Below are positions 51,833 to 63,198 of a stretch of DNA of 64,000 nt, one piece after another. The notes under the pieces are model-generated. The model was not told the DNA's origin. It saw nothing but the letters and a program-made list of their open reading frames with translations, and ran no database searches. Numbering within the stretch: the first letter of the stretch is position 1; every line of letters begins with the position of its first letter. The stretch spans positions 1 to 64,000 of the forward strand of contig JBBRPR010000023.1 in assembly GCA_038227875.1 (NCBI GenBank), read 5' to 3'. Source of the stretch: Planctomycetota bacterium. Lineage in GTDB: Bacteria > Planctomycetota > SZUA-567 > H5-PLA8. The translations under genes were made by a program, and so were the position numbers.

Positions 51833-51860
51833 CGACATTCGTTATTCGCAACTCGGCATT

Positions 51861-52754
51861 CTAGTGCGTCAGGTAGTACATCAATACGTTGATGCCCATC
51901 TTGATGCCGTCGAGGTTCTTCTCGGGGGCCCAGTAGCGGGACATCCAGCCGCAGTGCAGGTCGCCAGGGGTCGCCACGGTCATCAGGCGGCCGGTGCCTT
52001 TTTCGAAGAGGCCCCACGCGCCGTGATCGACACCCTGCATCACCGGGCAGCTCTTGAAATTGAAGTAGCAGCGGTAGATCTCGTGGTTGTCGGGGATGCG
52101 GCGCATCGGGTTGTCGGGGAAGAGCGAATTGATGATGCGGACGTAATCCATGAAGAAGCGATCGCCGTCGATGCCGCTGGAGGAACCTTCGCGGACTTTG
52201 TATTCGAAGTTTTCCCCGAGGTCGGTCTTGCAGATGCGGCCCTTGGTGTTGGGATGGCAGCAGTCGTCGGCATGCACGAATCCGCCGCGCAGCAGGAACT
52301 CGCGCAGGTTTTCGGCGTGCTTCGGGTGCAGATCGAATTCGGTTTCCGAGGTCATGAAGACGTAGGGATACTTCGACATCTTGTCGAGGTCGTCGAGCTC
52401 GACGACAACCGAATCCTGGCTGCAGTTGATGTTGGTCAGTTCGGAAAGTTTGCGGCGCAGAATTTCATCGCCCGACGGGCCAACGTCCCAGATGTCGTGC
52501 TTTTCGTCGCGCACGTGGAACTTCAAACGCGGGAAGAAGAATTCGCCCGTCTTGACGGCGCCTTCCTTCTTGCCTTCGCGGTAGGGTCCCGTCGGCGCGG
52601 GGGCGTCTTCGCCGGCCTGGAGGCTGGTGAAGAGCGTGCCGAGCGTGGTGGCGAAGCCGGCGCCGCCGATCATGGCGACACTGGATTTCAAAAACGAGCG
52701 GCGGCCGTAGTCGTCCTCAACCACTGGACGATAGGGGGGAAGAATCTTGGACAT
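51861..52754 (-). CDS. DUF4159-like protein with Tat signal
   Basis: RRSFLK Tat motif, YPYVFMT, LREFLLRGGFVHADDC, DLHCGW, MGINVLMYYLTH. Confidence 0.8.
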   Translation of the reverse strand: MSKILPPYRPVVEDDYGRRSFLKSSVAMIGGAGFATTLGTLFTSLQAGEDAPAPTGPYREGKKEGAVKTGEFFFPRLKFHVRDEKHDIWDVGPSGDEILRRKLSELTNINCSQDSVVVELDDLDKMSKYPYVFMTSETEFDLHPKHAENLREFLLRGGFVHADDCCHPNTKGRICKTDLGENFEYKVREGSSSGIDGDRFFMDYVRIINSLFPDNPMRRIPDNHEIYRCYFNFKSCPVMQGVDHGAWGLFEKGTGRLMTVATPGDLHCGWMSRYWAPEKNLDGIKMGINVLMYYLTH

Positions 52755-53203
52755 GAATCGGACCTCCGCCGTACGTAATGCAGCTGCGCCAGACTGACGT
52801 TCGCCAGTACTTACTCTTCAGTACACCGCGAAATGAGCAGAACCTTCCATCATTTCCAAATTATACAACGTGCATTTTTACGCTTTCGGTGTAAGTAAAG
52901 CAATAGAAATGTTTCTTACTGTGGGGATCCAGGGTTAGAGGCGTTTGGAAAAGTTGCGGCCCGCGCGTTCAATTTTTCGCAGTGGTAATGATTGAAGGGT
53001 TGAGCTGCCGTGTTACGAAGAGAAAAGAAAGTAGCACGCGTATTTGGGCGTGCGAAAATGCTGTCCAGAAAAATCCGGTAAAAATTTGCGACACGGCGAG
53101 CGTTTGCGTTGTAGTAGTAAGCGTTCTTCGCAACACAAATTGGCACATCAGATCTTTCGCACCGTACCTTACACTTGGTCTTGGCCGTACCGGGAGGCAT
53201 CAC

Positions 53204-54196
<993 letters not shown>

Positions 54197-54201
54197 GGCG
54201 A

Positions 54202-54335
54202 AATGTCGAATGTCGAATGTCGAACGACGAAGGAAGAAGTGGGAAGGCCGAATTGCGAGGCTTGAGTCGTAAAGAAGTGAAGCACATCACTAACGAATAG
54301 ACGAACTCGGCATTCGACATTCGTCATTCGACATT
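54202..54335. repeat. GAATGTC/CATTCGA heptamer inverted array
   Basis: 23-bp arms with 1 mismatch. Confidence 0.85.
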
Positions 54336-54348
54336 AACTGGAGATGTT

Positions 54349-55374
54349 ATGGCTATTTCTGACGGACTGACCGAAGCGCAGGTGAAAGACCTCGTCGACA
54401 AGCTGAAGGTCAGCAAGGCGAAGATTCTTTCGGAGCTGCGCAAGGCCGTGATCGGGCAGGAACAGGTGGTCGACGAAGTGCTCATGTCGTTCTTCGCCGG
54501 TTCGCACTGTCTGATCACCGGCGTTCCCGGCCTGGCCAAAACGCTGCTGATCAAAAGCATTGGTGAAATTCTCGACCTGCAGTTCCGGCGCATCCAGTTC
54601 ACGCCCGATTTGATGCCCTCCGACATCACCGGCACGGAAGTGCTGGAAGAAGACCACGAAACCAAAAAGCGTGTCCTGCGCTTCAAGCCCGGCCCGCTCT
54701 TCGGCAACATCATTCTCGCCGACGAAATCAACCGCACGCCGCCCAAAACGCAGGCCGCGCTGCTGGAGGCGATGCAGGAACACCAGATCACCGTCGCCGG
54801 CATCACGCGCAAGCTGCCCGAACCGTTTTTCGTGCTCGCCACGCAGAATCCGATCGAACAGGAAGGCACCTACGCGCTCCCGCAGATCCAGCAGGACCGC
54901 TTCATGTTCTCTTCGATCATCGGGCATCTGCCGCGCGACCAGGAAGTGGCCGTGATCGAACAGACCACGCGCTCAAAGACCGTGACGCTGGAACGGGTAA
55001 TGGGCGGCGAAGAGTTGCTCCATTATCAGCGCATCGTCCGCGAAGTTCCCGTCGTCGAGCCGATCGTGCGCTACGCCGTGAAGCTCGCCGCCTGCAGCCG
55101 CCCTGGCGAAAAAGGGGCGCCGGATTTCGTGCGCGATTACGTCGCCTGGGGCGCATCGGCGCGCGCGTCGATCAACCTGGTGCTCGCCGCCAAAGCGCGC
55201 GCGGTGCTCGACGGCCGCTTCCACGTTTCGATCAAGGACATCCAGGCCGTCTCTCTGCCGGTCCTGCGTCACCGCATCGTCACCAATTTCCGCGCCGAAT
55301 CGGCGCGCATCAAGAGCGAAGATCTGATCAAGAAACTGCTGGAGTTCGTCAAGCCGCCCAGCAGCGGCCTGTAA
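54349..55374 (+). CDS. MoxR family AAA+ ATPase 2
   Basis: GVPGLAKT, RIQFTPDL, ADEINR, ATQNP. Confidence 0.95.
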   Translation: MAISDGLTEAQVKDLVDKLKVSKAKILSELRKAVIGQEQVVDEVLMSFFAGSHCLITGVPGLAKTLLIKSIGEILDLQFRRIQFTPDLMPSDITGTEVLEEDHETKKRVLRFKPGPLFGNIILADEINRTPPKTQAALLEAMQEHQITVAGITRKLPEPFFVLATQNPIEQEGTYALPQIQQDRFMFSSIIGHLPRDQEVAVIEQTTRSKTVTLERVMGGEELLHYQRIVREVPVVEPIVRYAVKLAACSRPGEKGAPDFVRDYVAWGASARASINLVLAAKARAVLDGRFHVSIKDIQAVSLPVLRHRIVTNFRAESARIKSEDLIKKLLEFVKPPSSGL

Positions 55375-55375
55375 A

Positions 55376-55500
55376 CGAATGTCGAATTTTTCGAACTTCG
55401 AATGCGTGAGAGTTTACGGAGGACTCGAATGACGAAATGGTAAAGTGACGCGTGCGGCCGCTTGCGCATTCGACATTCGACATTCGTCATTCGACATTCA
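55376..55500. repeat. CATTCGA heptamer inverted array
   Basis: cgaatgtcgaatttttcgaacttcgaatg, then (cattcgw)x4 directly before the ATG. Confidence 0.85.
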
Positions 55501-55501
55501 C

Positions 55502-56401
55502 ATGGCTGACTTCAAATACCTCGACTTTGAAACGCTGGGCCGCATCAAGAACATGCAGATGCTGGCCAAGGGCGTGGTGGAAGGATTCATCCTCGGCCTC
55601 CACCGCTCGCCGTACCGCGGCTTCAGCGTCGAGTTTGCCGAATACCGCCAGTACGTCGCCGGCGACGAGATCAAGCATCTCGACTGGAAGGTCTTCGGCA
55701 AGTCCGACCGCTATTACATCAAGCAGTTCGAAGAAGAAACGAATCTCGCCTGCAACATCCTGGTCGATTGTTCGCCGTCGATGGCCTACAAGGGCGACAC
55801 GTCGACGTTTTCGAAATTGGAATACGCCTGCCGCATGGCCGCGTGCCTGTCGTACATGATGATCGGCCAGCGCGACGCGACGGGCTTGATGGTCTTCGAC
55901 AACAAGATCCAGCACATGCTCCCCGCGCGCGGCAGTCCCGCGCACCGCCAGTTGATGCTCACGACGCTCGACAACGTCAAGCCCGGCCCCGGCGACACCG
56001 ACCTGGCCGGCCCGATGCATCAGCTCGCCGAAACGCTCAAGAAGAAGGGTTTGATCATCCTGATCTCCGATCTGCTCGACGATCCGATCAAGGTGATGAG
56101 CGCGCTGCAGCACTTCCGTTTCATGGGCAACGAAGTGATCGTCTTTCACGTGCTCGACAACGACGAAGTCTTCTTCCCGTTCGATACGATGACGGAATTC
56201 ACCGACAGCGAAACGCACCAGCAGGTCCGCGTCGCACCGCAATCCGTGCGCAGCGAATACATCGCCGAGTTCGACCGTTTCTTCGGCGCGTACCGCAAAG
56301 GCTGCGCGGATTTGAACGTCGACTACAAGTTGTTGAACACAAAGTCGAACCTGGAGCTGGCGTTGAGCGAGTACTTGTATTGGCGCTCGCGGTCGTTCTA
56401 A
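55502..56401 (+). CDS. DUF58 (VWA-like) protein
   Basis: GLHRSPYRGFSVEFAEYRQY, DWK, KQFEEE, ISD. Confidence 0.93.
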   Translation: MADFKYLDFETLGRIKNMQMLAKGVVEGFILGLHRSPYRGFSVEFAEYRQYVAGDEIKHLDWKVFGKSDRYYIKQFEEETNLACNILVDCSPSMAYKGDTSTFSKLEYACRMAACLSYMMIGQRDATGLMVFDNKIQHMLPARGSPAHRQLMLTTLDNVKPGPGDTDLAGPMHQLAETLKKKGLIILISDLLDDPIKVMSALQHFRFMGNEVIVFHVLDNDEVFFPFDTMTEFTDSETHQQVRVAPQSVRSEYIAEFDRFFGAYRKGCADLNVDYKLLNTKSNLELALSEYLYWRSRSF

Positions 56402-56527
56402 GCGCGGCCCTGCGGCCGAGGGGCCAGGGGCCAGAGCAGAGCGTACGCAGGGGCGGACGGAATTGGTGTTGGATTGGGAACAGTTTGTAAGAAGTAGGCA
56501 GTAACCCGAACGACCTGGGAAAAATAC

Positions 56528-58594
56528 ATGGCGTTTCTCAATCCACTTTATCTCGCCGGACTCACGGGCATCGCGCTGCCGATCCTGATTCACATCCTTC
56601 AGCGCGATCGTGTCCGCAAGATCATCTTCCCAGCGACGCGGTTTTTGCTTGGCGCTTCCAAGCGCATCACGCGCACGCAGCAGCTGCGCGAACTGATTTT
56701 GATGATCCTTCGGGCCATCGTCATGGCGCTGCTTGCGGTGGCACTCTGCCGGCCGTTCTTTATTCAAGGCGGCGCCGACGCTGCGGGGATGGCGGAAGGT
56801 GGCAAGGCGGCTGTGATCGTGATGGACGTTTCCGGTTCGATGCGCATCGGCTCGCGCATGGACGAAGCGAAAAAGCAGGCGCAGGAGATGCTCGCCAAAT
56901 ACCGCCCGCAGCTTGACCGCGTGGCTTTGATTACGTTCGATCATGAAACTAATCTCGCGGTGCCGATGACCGGCGACTTGAAGCAGGTCGGTGGCGCAAT
57001 CGACGCGCTGAAGGCCGGCTACGGCGGCACCAATCTGGCCGCGGCGATGCAGCGTGCCAACCAGGCGCTCCAGGCCAACGATGTTAAAAACGCGGTCCGC
57101 GAAATCGGCGTCTTCTCCGATCTACAGCGCAACGGATGGGCGACGTACCACGGCGATTGGAAGCTCGCGCCGGGCGTTACGCTCCTGCCGACGAAATTGC
57201 TCTCGCTAAAAACCGCCGAGAACGTGGCGATCACGCAGGTCGCAATCCCCAAGAGCACCGTGGTCTCCGCGCGAAACGAATCGGTCAGCTTGCAGCTCGT
57301 GAATTTCGGGACGCAGGATCGCCCGGGCCTGAAGGTCGCGCTCAATGTCGACGGCACGAAGGTCGACGAGAAGGAAGTGAACCTCGGACCCAGCAAGACC
57401 GAGATCGTGCGCTTCAACTACAAGTTCGACAAGCCCGGCGACTGCGCCGGCACACTCACCGTCGACGCGAAGGACGATTTCGCCGAAGACAACAGCTACT
57501 ACTTCAACGTCCGCGTGCTGCCGCAGGTGCTGGTGCTGCTGGTCAACGGATCGCCGAGCAAAGTGGCGGCTCAGGACGACGGCCGTTTCGTCGCCGAAGC
57601 GCTCTCTGTCGCTGGATCGCCTTTCCAAATCAAAGAAATTGCTCCCGACAAGCTCACGCCAAAGGACCTGGAAGGTGCGCAAGCGGTCGTCTTCACCAAC
57701 GTCAACAGCCTGGCCGGAAACATGACGCCGGCGCTGCTGAAGTTCGTCGAAAGCGGCGGCGGATTGTTCATCTTCCCCGGCGATAAAGTGCAGCCCGACG
57801 ATTTCAACAAGAGCTTCGCCGGCATCGCACCCTGCCGCCTGAAAAACGTTGTGGCTCAGAACGAAAAAGGCGACGGATGGACGATCGGCGAAATCGATTT
57901 CCAGCACCCGATCTTCACCCACTTCTCGACACCGCAGAGCGGCGATTTCACCAGCGCGAAGTTCACGAAGTATTACGCGATCACCGATTCGCAGGCTTCG
58001 CGTGTCTTGGCGCGCTTCATTGACGGCCGTCCCGCGCTGCTCGAACAGAGCATCGGCAAGGGCTACACGATGCTCTTTACATCCACCGCCGGCATGAAGT
58101 GGAACGACCTGTGCCTGCAGGGCGGCATCTTCGTCCCGTTCATCCACGAAGCCTTGAAGTACCTCTCGGTGCACAGCGAAGGCGTGACGACCGTGCAGTT
58201 GGGCGACGCGCTGCAATTCAATTCGCCGAATGTCGAAGTGACGTCGCCGGACGGCACGAAATTTTCCGTGCAGGAAGGCGCGAACACCGTGACCGTAGCG
58301 AAGGTGCCAGGACTCTACACGGTCAAGGACGGCGATAAGAATCTGCGTCTGGCGATCAACATGCCGCGCGAAGAATCCGATCCCGCCACGCTCGACGGCG
58401 ACGAAATGGCCTCCGCGTTGGCCAGCAAAGGCGAACAGAAAGAGATCGAAGGCGTAAAAGTCTGGGTCGCGCCGACTTCCTCCATGAAGGAGCGCATCGA
58501 AAGCGGCCAGATGATCGGCTGGTACCTGTTGATCGCGCTGCTGGCGCTGCTGATGGGCGAGCATCTTCTGGCGAACAATACGTCGAGAAATTGA
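56528..58594 (+). CDS. BatA N-terminal plus VWA plus Ig/GATase-like membrane protein
   Basis: MAFLNP...PILIH...FP, MIDAS DVSGSM, FSDLQ, C-terminal TM. Confidence 0.9.
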   Translation: MAFLNPLYLAGLTGIALPILIHILQRDRVRKIIFPATRFLLGASKRITRTQQLRELILMILRAIVMALLAVALCRPFFIQGGADAAGMAEGGKAAVIVMDVSGSMRIGSRMDEAKKQAQEMLAKYRPQLDRVALITFDHETNLAVPMTGDLKQVGGAIDALKAGYGGTNLAAAMQRANQALQANDVKNAVREIGVFSDLQRNGWATYHGDWKLAPGVTLLPTKLLSLKTAENVAITQVAIPKSTVVSARNESVSLQLVNFGTQDRPGLKVALNVDGTKVDEKEVNLGPSKTEIVRFNYKFDKPGDCAGTLTVDAKDDFAEDNSYYFNVRVLPQVLVLLVNGSPSKVAAQDDGRFVAEALSVAGSPFQIKEIAPDKLTPKDLEGAQAVVFTNVNSLAGNMTPALLKFVESGGGLFIFPGDKVQPDDFNKSFAGIAPCRLKNVVAQNEKGDGWTIGEIDFQHPIFTHFSTPQSGDFTSAKFTKYYAITDSQASRVLARFIDGRPALLEQSIGKGYTMLFTSTAGMKWNDLCLQGGIFVPFIHEALKYLSVHSEGVTTVQLGDALQFNSPNVEVTSPDGTKFSVQEGANTVTVAKVPGLYTVKDGDKNLRLAINMPREESDPATLDGDEMASALASKGEQKEIEGVKVWVAPTSSMKERIESGQMIGWYLLIALLALLMGEHLLANNTSRN

Positions 58595-58882
58595 GCGCGA
58601 GCAGCCTTGCCGAGGGGGTCACGGGTCAGGGGTCAGAATAGAGCGTAGGCAGGGGGAAGTCGGGTAGGTCATTGAGATTTGGTGGATTGTTGGAGCACTA
58701 AGTAACACGCGTGGCAGTCTGCCCTCTGCCTTCTCGCTCGCACAACGGCAGAGCGCCCATGACCCGCGCGCGCCCATATCCAACTCTGACCCCAGAGCCT
58801 TAGACCTACGCGTCCCTTGGATTTCTGAGAACAAAACACTCCCGCGGGTGTAATATAATGTAGGAATCGGGCGGAGGAACTT

Positions 58883-61800
58883 ATGGCGCAGAATTATCTT
58901 GAACTTCAGGGGCATCTTGACCGGGTGCGCTGGGCGTGGAAACGCGCGGCGGCACTGCAGGGTCTGGCCACCGTGGTGATCGAAGGCCTCGGCATGTTCC
59001 TGCTCTTCATTCTGCTCGATTACATCTACGTGCTGCCGCAGGGCGCACGCGTGGGCACGCTGGCGCTGATGGGCGCGATCCTGGCCTTCTTCTTTGTCCG
59101 CCATGTCATCCGCCCGCTGCTGCGCCCCATCTCCGACGAACAGATCGCGATGTACATCGAAGAACGCCAAGTGGACACCGAAGGCGCGCTGCTCACGGCG
59201 ACGTCCGTGGGTCTGGCCACCGGCGGCGAGAAATCGCCGATGCATGATTTTATCGTCGAAAACATCGTCCAGTCCGCGGTCGCAAAAGCCGGACAGATTC
59301 AGCTCTCACGTGTGCTCAATCTCGCCAAGCTGCGCAAGTACGCGATTGCGGCGTGCGTTCTGCTGCTCTTCTTTGGCATCAGCGCGCTGCGTTACTCGAC
59401 GTTCTTCGCGCGCTACGCCGGCCGCCTCTTGATGCCCTGGCACATGACCGAAGAAGACTTGAAAGCCAACGGCGCGCTGATTGATGACGGTCCGAAGATC
59501 AGCTTTGTCGTTTCAATCAACCCCGGCGGCACGCGCGTGATGCGCGGTGCGACGGTGAAGGTGAAAGCCAAGCTCAGCATGATGCCCAGCAGCGACGTTT
59601 ACCTGCAGTTCCGCTCAGCCGGCAATGTCAGCTTTCAGCCGCTGAAGATGGACGAAGTCGACGAACTCAACACGTTCGCGCTCCGCCTGCCGGACGTGAA
59701 CGACGATCTGGAAATGTTCGTGCAGGCCGGGCTGCAGAGCGCCCAGCGCTCCGATGTGGTCAAGCTCAACGTCTACGATCCGCTTGAACTGAAGGGCTAC
59801 GAAGTCACGCTCGTGCCGCCGGCGTATACCAAAATGCCTGCCGTGACCGAGTTCGGGCCGGCCGGCGACATCACCGCGATGCAGGGCACCAAGGTCAAGC
59901 TGCGTGTCGTCGCCAACACGGCGCTGACCACCGGCGAACTGGTCTTCGATGACGGCAAGAAACTGAAACTGACTGGCGAAACCAACGGTGAAAAAGGCGC
60001 GTTCACGGAATTCACCGTCGAAAAGGACGCCAGCTACACCGTCCGCGTCAGCAGCGCCGACGAACAGACTTCCGACCCCAGCAGCAGCTTCACGATCAAG
60101 GCAACGAAGGACGAACCGCCGTCGGTCGCGGTGGAAACACCGGGCGGGGATCTCTCGACGCATCCCGGAGCTGAAGTCGATTTCCGGGCGAAGGTCTCCG
60201 ACGATGTGGGCATTGCGTCGGTGGAACTGGTTTACGGAACGTCCGGCGCAGGCGCCGACGACAAGACCGACCGCATTCTCCTGCCGCTTGACGGCACCGG
60301 TCCCGGCGATCACACCGCGGCCGTCTCTCTGGCCCTGCCCGATGTCAAGCCGCTGCCCGTTCCGGGCTCGACGCTCTTCTACCATTTTGAAGTGCGCGAC
60401 GTGAAAGGCCAGCCGGCGATCTCCGATATCTACATGCTCAAGGTCCGGCCGTACGAAGTCGCCGGCGCGTTCCCCGATCCCAAGGGTTCGCACCATCATC
60501 CGCACCCGCCCTCGCTGGATCTGATGGTCTTCATCGGCGCGTCCTGGAACATCCAGGCACAAAAGGATCTGATCGAAAAAGCCGACTACGACAAGCGCTG
60601 CGACGACCTGACCGCGCGCATGACCCTGCCCGACGGTTCGCCGCAGAAATTCAAGAAGCCGAAGGCCAGCCTGGTGCCCGCGGATAAGGTTCCGCTGATC
60701 GCCAAGGGCGACGAAATGGTGAAGCTGGGCATCGCCACGCTCCGCGGCCACGATGCAGGCAAGGCGACCGAGCAGTTCCGGGAAGCCGTGGCGCTCTGGA
60801 CGCAGTGCGGCGTGGCGTTCGACATGCAGGACAAGCAGGAAATCAACGAGATCGGCGAGAAGACTGAAAATCAGATCGATCCTATGCAGGAAGCGCTGGG
60901 CTTCCTGAAAATGGACGCGCCGAAGATGGACCAGGAATCACCGAAGTACGACTCGGTGCTGCCTGGTTACAAGCGCGCGCTGAAGCCTGAAGAAGCGAAG
61001 GAACTGAAAGACAAGGCCGCCGATCTGCAAAAACGCGAACAGCAGCTGCTGGAAGAAGCGAAGAAGCTGGCGATGCTGAAAGTGGATCCCACCGAACAGA
61101 AACCCGGCGAAGCGAAGCCAGGCGAAGAAAAGCCGGGCGAAGCGAAACCCGGGGAAGAGAAGCCCGGCGATCCCAAAGAGGGCGATCAGAAACCCGGTGA
61201 CCAGAAACCTGGCGAACCCAAAGTAGCCAACGCCGATAACAAGCCTGGCGAAAATAAGCCTGGTGAAAATAAACCCGGCGACAACAAGCCGGGAGATAAC
61301 AAGCCGGGCGAGGAAAAGCCGGGAGAACAGAAACCCGGTGGGCAGGTGGCCGAAGGACATCCGGAGACCAAACCCGGCGCGCCCGGCGAAGCCCGGCCGA
61401 CCGATCCCAACGCGGCCCAGACCGCCGATCGCAACGAACGCGCGCAGGATCTGCAGCACAAGCAGGAGCAACTCGCGGGCGAAGCCCGGCAGCTCGAACG
61501 TCAGGCCGCCGCGCACACGGCCAATGCCGACAAGAACACCAAGGAAATTCTCGACCACTTCCGCGCCACCACCCGGCAGATGGACGCCGCCGTGACGCAG
61601 ATGAAGGAAGGCAATCTCCAGCAGGCCGCTGCGCACGGCGAAGAAGCGCGCCGCGAACTGCGCTCCGCCGTCGACAAGCTCCAGGTCTCGCAGTTCGACA
61701 ATCTCGACCAGGCCGTCGCCGCTGCCGATGAACGCGCCGGACAGATTGCCGAAGCGCAGAAGCACATCCGCGAAGGCACGAAGAAAGTCATCGACGACGC

Positions 61801-62968
61801 CAAGGCTCGCAACGCCAAGACGCCCAACGCACCGGCCACCGATCCCAAGACTGGCGAAGCGAAACTCAATCCGCAAGACGTTCAGAAGCTGCAGGGACTG
61901 GCCAAGCTCCAGATGGAAAATCAGCAGAACGCCGAGAATCTCGACAAGTACGTCGGCGAACTGGAGAAGTGGGCCGAGCAGATGCATAAGACCGAGACCG
62001 CGGAAAACCTGCGCAAGGCCGGCCGCACGATGAAACTGGAAGACGTTGCCGGCGCGATGCGCACGACCGCGGTGAACCTCGCACAGTCGGAAGTCACCGA
62101 CGCAACAGAGACGCAGGGCAAGCTCGACAGGACGCTCGAGAAAGTCGCCGCGAATCTGCAGGCCGCCAATGGCTCGCTGGCGCAGACCAGCGAACAGAAG
62201 CTCAAGCGCGCCGCCGCTGAAGCCAAGGAGATCATCGCCAAGGCTGAACTCCTCGCCAACGCCGACGGTAAAGAGGGCAAGGAAGGCAAGAACGATCCCA
62301 ACGCCGCGCAGAAGCCCGGCGATGAGAACAAGCCCGGGGATAGGAAGGACGACGGCGGCAAACCCGGCGACAAAAAAGACGACACCAAGACCGCTGACGC
62401 CAACAAGCCTGGCGACAAGAACGACAAGAACGACAAGAATCAGCCGGGCGACAAGAAGGACGACGGCGCGAAGAACCCGGACACGAAGACCGCCGACGCG
62501 AACAAGCCCGGTGATAAGAACGACGGCAAGGGCGACCAGAATGCCGCCGATGCCAATAAGAACGATAACAAGGGCGACAAAGTCGCTGACAACAAGCAGG
62601 GCAAGGGCGATAAGAACGACAAGAAAGCGCTCACGCCGGAGCAGCGCAGAGAACTTCAGGGCGAACTGATGCGCGACACGCAGCGCCTGGTCAAGCGCAT
62701 CGAACAGGACAAGCTCGCCGACGGCAAGCTCCAGCCGCATCTCGAAACGATCAAGTCGGAAAAGTCGTGGGAAGAAATGTTCAAGGAAGGTAAGAAGACG
62801 CAGCTCGACAAGTACCTCGGCTCCGTCCACGCCGTCTCGTCGCACCTGGAAGACAAGCTGGAAATGCTGTTGAAAGCCAAGCGCCTCAGCGCCGCCCAGC
62901 GCGAGCAGACGCCGATCCAGTACCGCGACATGGTCAACAAGTACTACGAGCAATTGGCGAAGGAGTAG
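58883..62968 (+). CDS. Large DUF4175-like membrane protein (TMs, Ig-like domains, coiled coil, KPG repeats)
   Basis: Three N-terminal TMs, PPAYT, DEPPSV, DDVGI, C-terminal PIQYRDMVNKYYEQL. Confidence 0.82.
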   Translation: MAQNYLELQGHLDRVRWAWKRAAALQGLATVVIEGLGMFLLFILLDYIYVLPQGARVGTLALMGAILAFFFVRHVIRPLLRPISDEQIAMYIEERQVDTEGALLTATSVGLATGGEKSPMHDFIVENIVQSAVAKAGQIQLSRVLNLAKLRKYAIAACVLLLFFGISALRYSTFFARYAGRLLMPWHMTEEDLKANGALIDDGPKISFVVSINPGGTRVMRGATVKVKAKLSMMPSSDVYLQFRSAGNVSFQPLKMDEVDELNTFALRLPDVNDDLEMFVQAGLQSAQRSDVVKLNVYDPLELKGYEVTLVPPAYTKMPAVTEFGPAGDITAMQGTKVKLRVVANTALTTGELVFDDGKKLKLTGETNGEKGAFTEFTVEKDASYTVRVSSADEQTSDPSSSFTIKATKDEPPSVAVETPGGDLSTHPGAEVDFRAKVSDDVGIASVELVYGTSGAGADDKTDRILLPLDGTGPGDHTAAVSLALPDVKPLPVPGSTLFYHFEVRDVKGQPAISDIYMLKVRPYEVAGAFPDPKGSHHHPHPPSLDLMVFIGASWNIQAQKDLIEKADYDKRCDDLTARMTLPDGSPQKFKKPKASLVPADKVPLIAKGDEMVKLGIATLRGHDAGKATEQFREAVALWTQCGVAFDMQDKQEINEIGEKTENQIDPMQEALGFLKMDAPKMDQESPKYDSVLPGYKRALKPEEAKELKDKAADLQKREQQLLEEAKKLAMLKVDPTEQKPGEAKPGEEKPGEAKPGEEKPGDPKEGDQKPGDQKPGEPKVANADNKPGENKPGENKPGDNKPGDNKPGEEKPGEQKPGGQVAEGHPETKPGAPGEARPTDPNAAQTADRNERAQDLQHKQEQLAGEARQLERQAAAHTANADKNTKEILDHFRATTRQMDAAVTQMKEGNLQQAAAHGEEARRELRSAVDKLQVSQFDNLDQAVAAADERAGQIAEAQKHIREGTKKVIDDAKARNAKTPNAPATDPKTGEAKLNPQDVQKLQGLAKLQMENQQNAENLDKYVGELEKWAEQMHKTETAENLRKAGRTMKLEDVAGAMRTTAVNLAQSEVTDATETQGKLDRTLEKVAANLQAANGSLAQTSEQKLKRAAAEAKEIIAKAELLANADGKEGKEGKNDPNAAQKPGDENKPGDRKDDGGKPGDKKDDTKTADANKPGDKNDKNDKNQPGDKKDDGAKNPDTKTADANKPGDKNDGKGDQNAADANKNDNKGDKVADNKQGKGDKNDKKALTPEQRRELQGELMRDTQRLVKRIEQDKLADGKLQPHLETIKSEKSWEEMFKEGKKTQLDKYLGSVHAVSSHLEDKLEMLLKAKRLSAAQREQTPIQYRDMVNKYYEQLAKE

Positions 62969-62969
62969 T

Positions 62970-63156
62970 AGTTTGGAGTTTTTAGTTTTTAGTTTTGAGT
63001 TGTGGTTGACTGAGGCAATACGCAACTCAAAACTTCGCGTTCGGTGGGATAAAAGTGCGGTCTAACCACGGTGGTTTTGAAAGTTTAGTTTTGAGTGACG
63101 TTCAAAATTTACCACTGCGGACGCAACTCGAAACTAATAACTAAAAACTCAAAACT
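62970..63156. repeat. AGTTTT(T/G) heptamer inverted array
   Basis: 33-bp arms at 62970-63002 and 63124-63156 with 3 mismatches, plus internal partial copies. Confidence 0.85.
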
Positions 63157-63198
63157 ATCCACAGCAGTCATTGGTTTTCCGGGGTACTTCTCTTCACC

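Noticed and set aside
52982..53203. N-terminal extension of MoxR 1 and a TGGCAC sigma54 site
   Set aside because: A better RBS/ATG lies at 53204, and the TGGCAC lacks a correctly spaced TTGC.
60938..63025. 695-aa hydrophobic minus-strand ORF
   Set aside because: Mirror of the Lys/Asp/Glu-rich coding strand.
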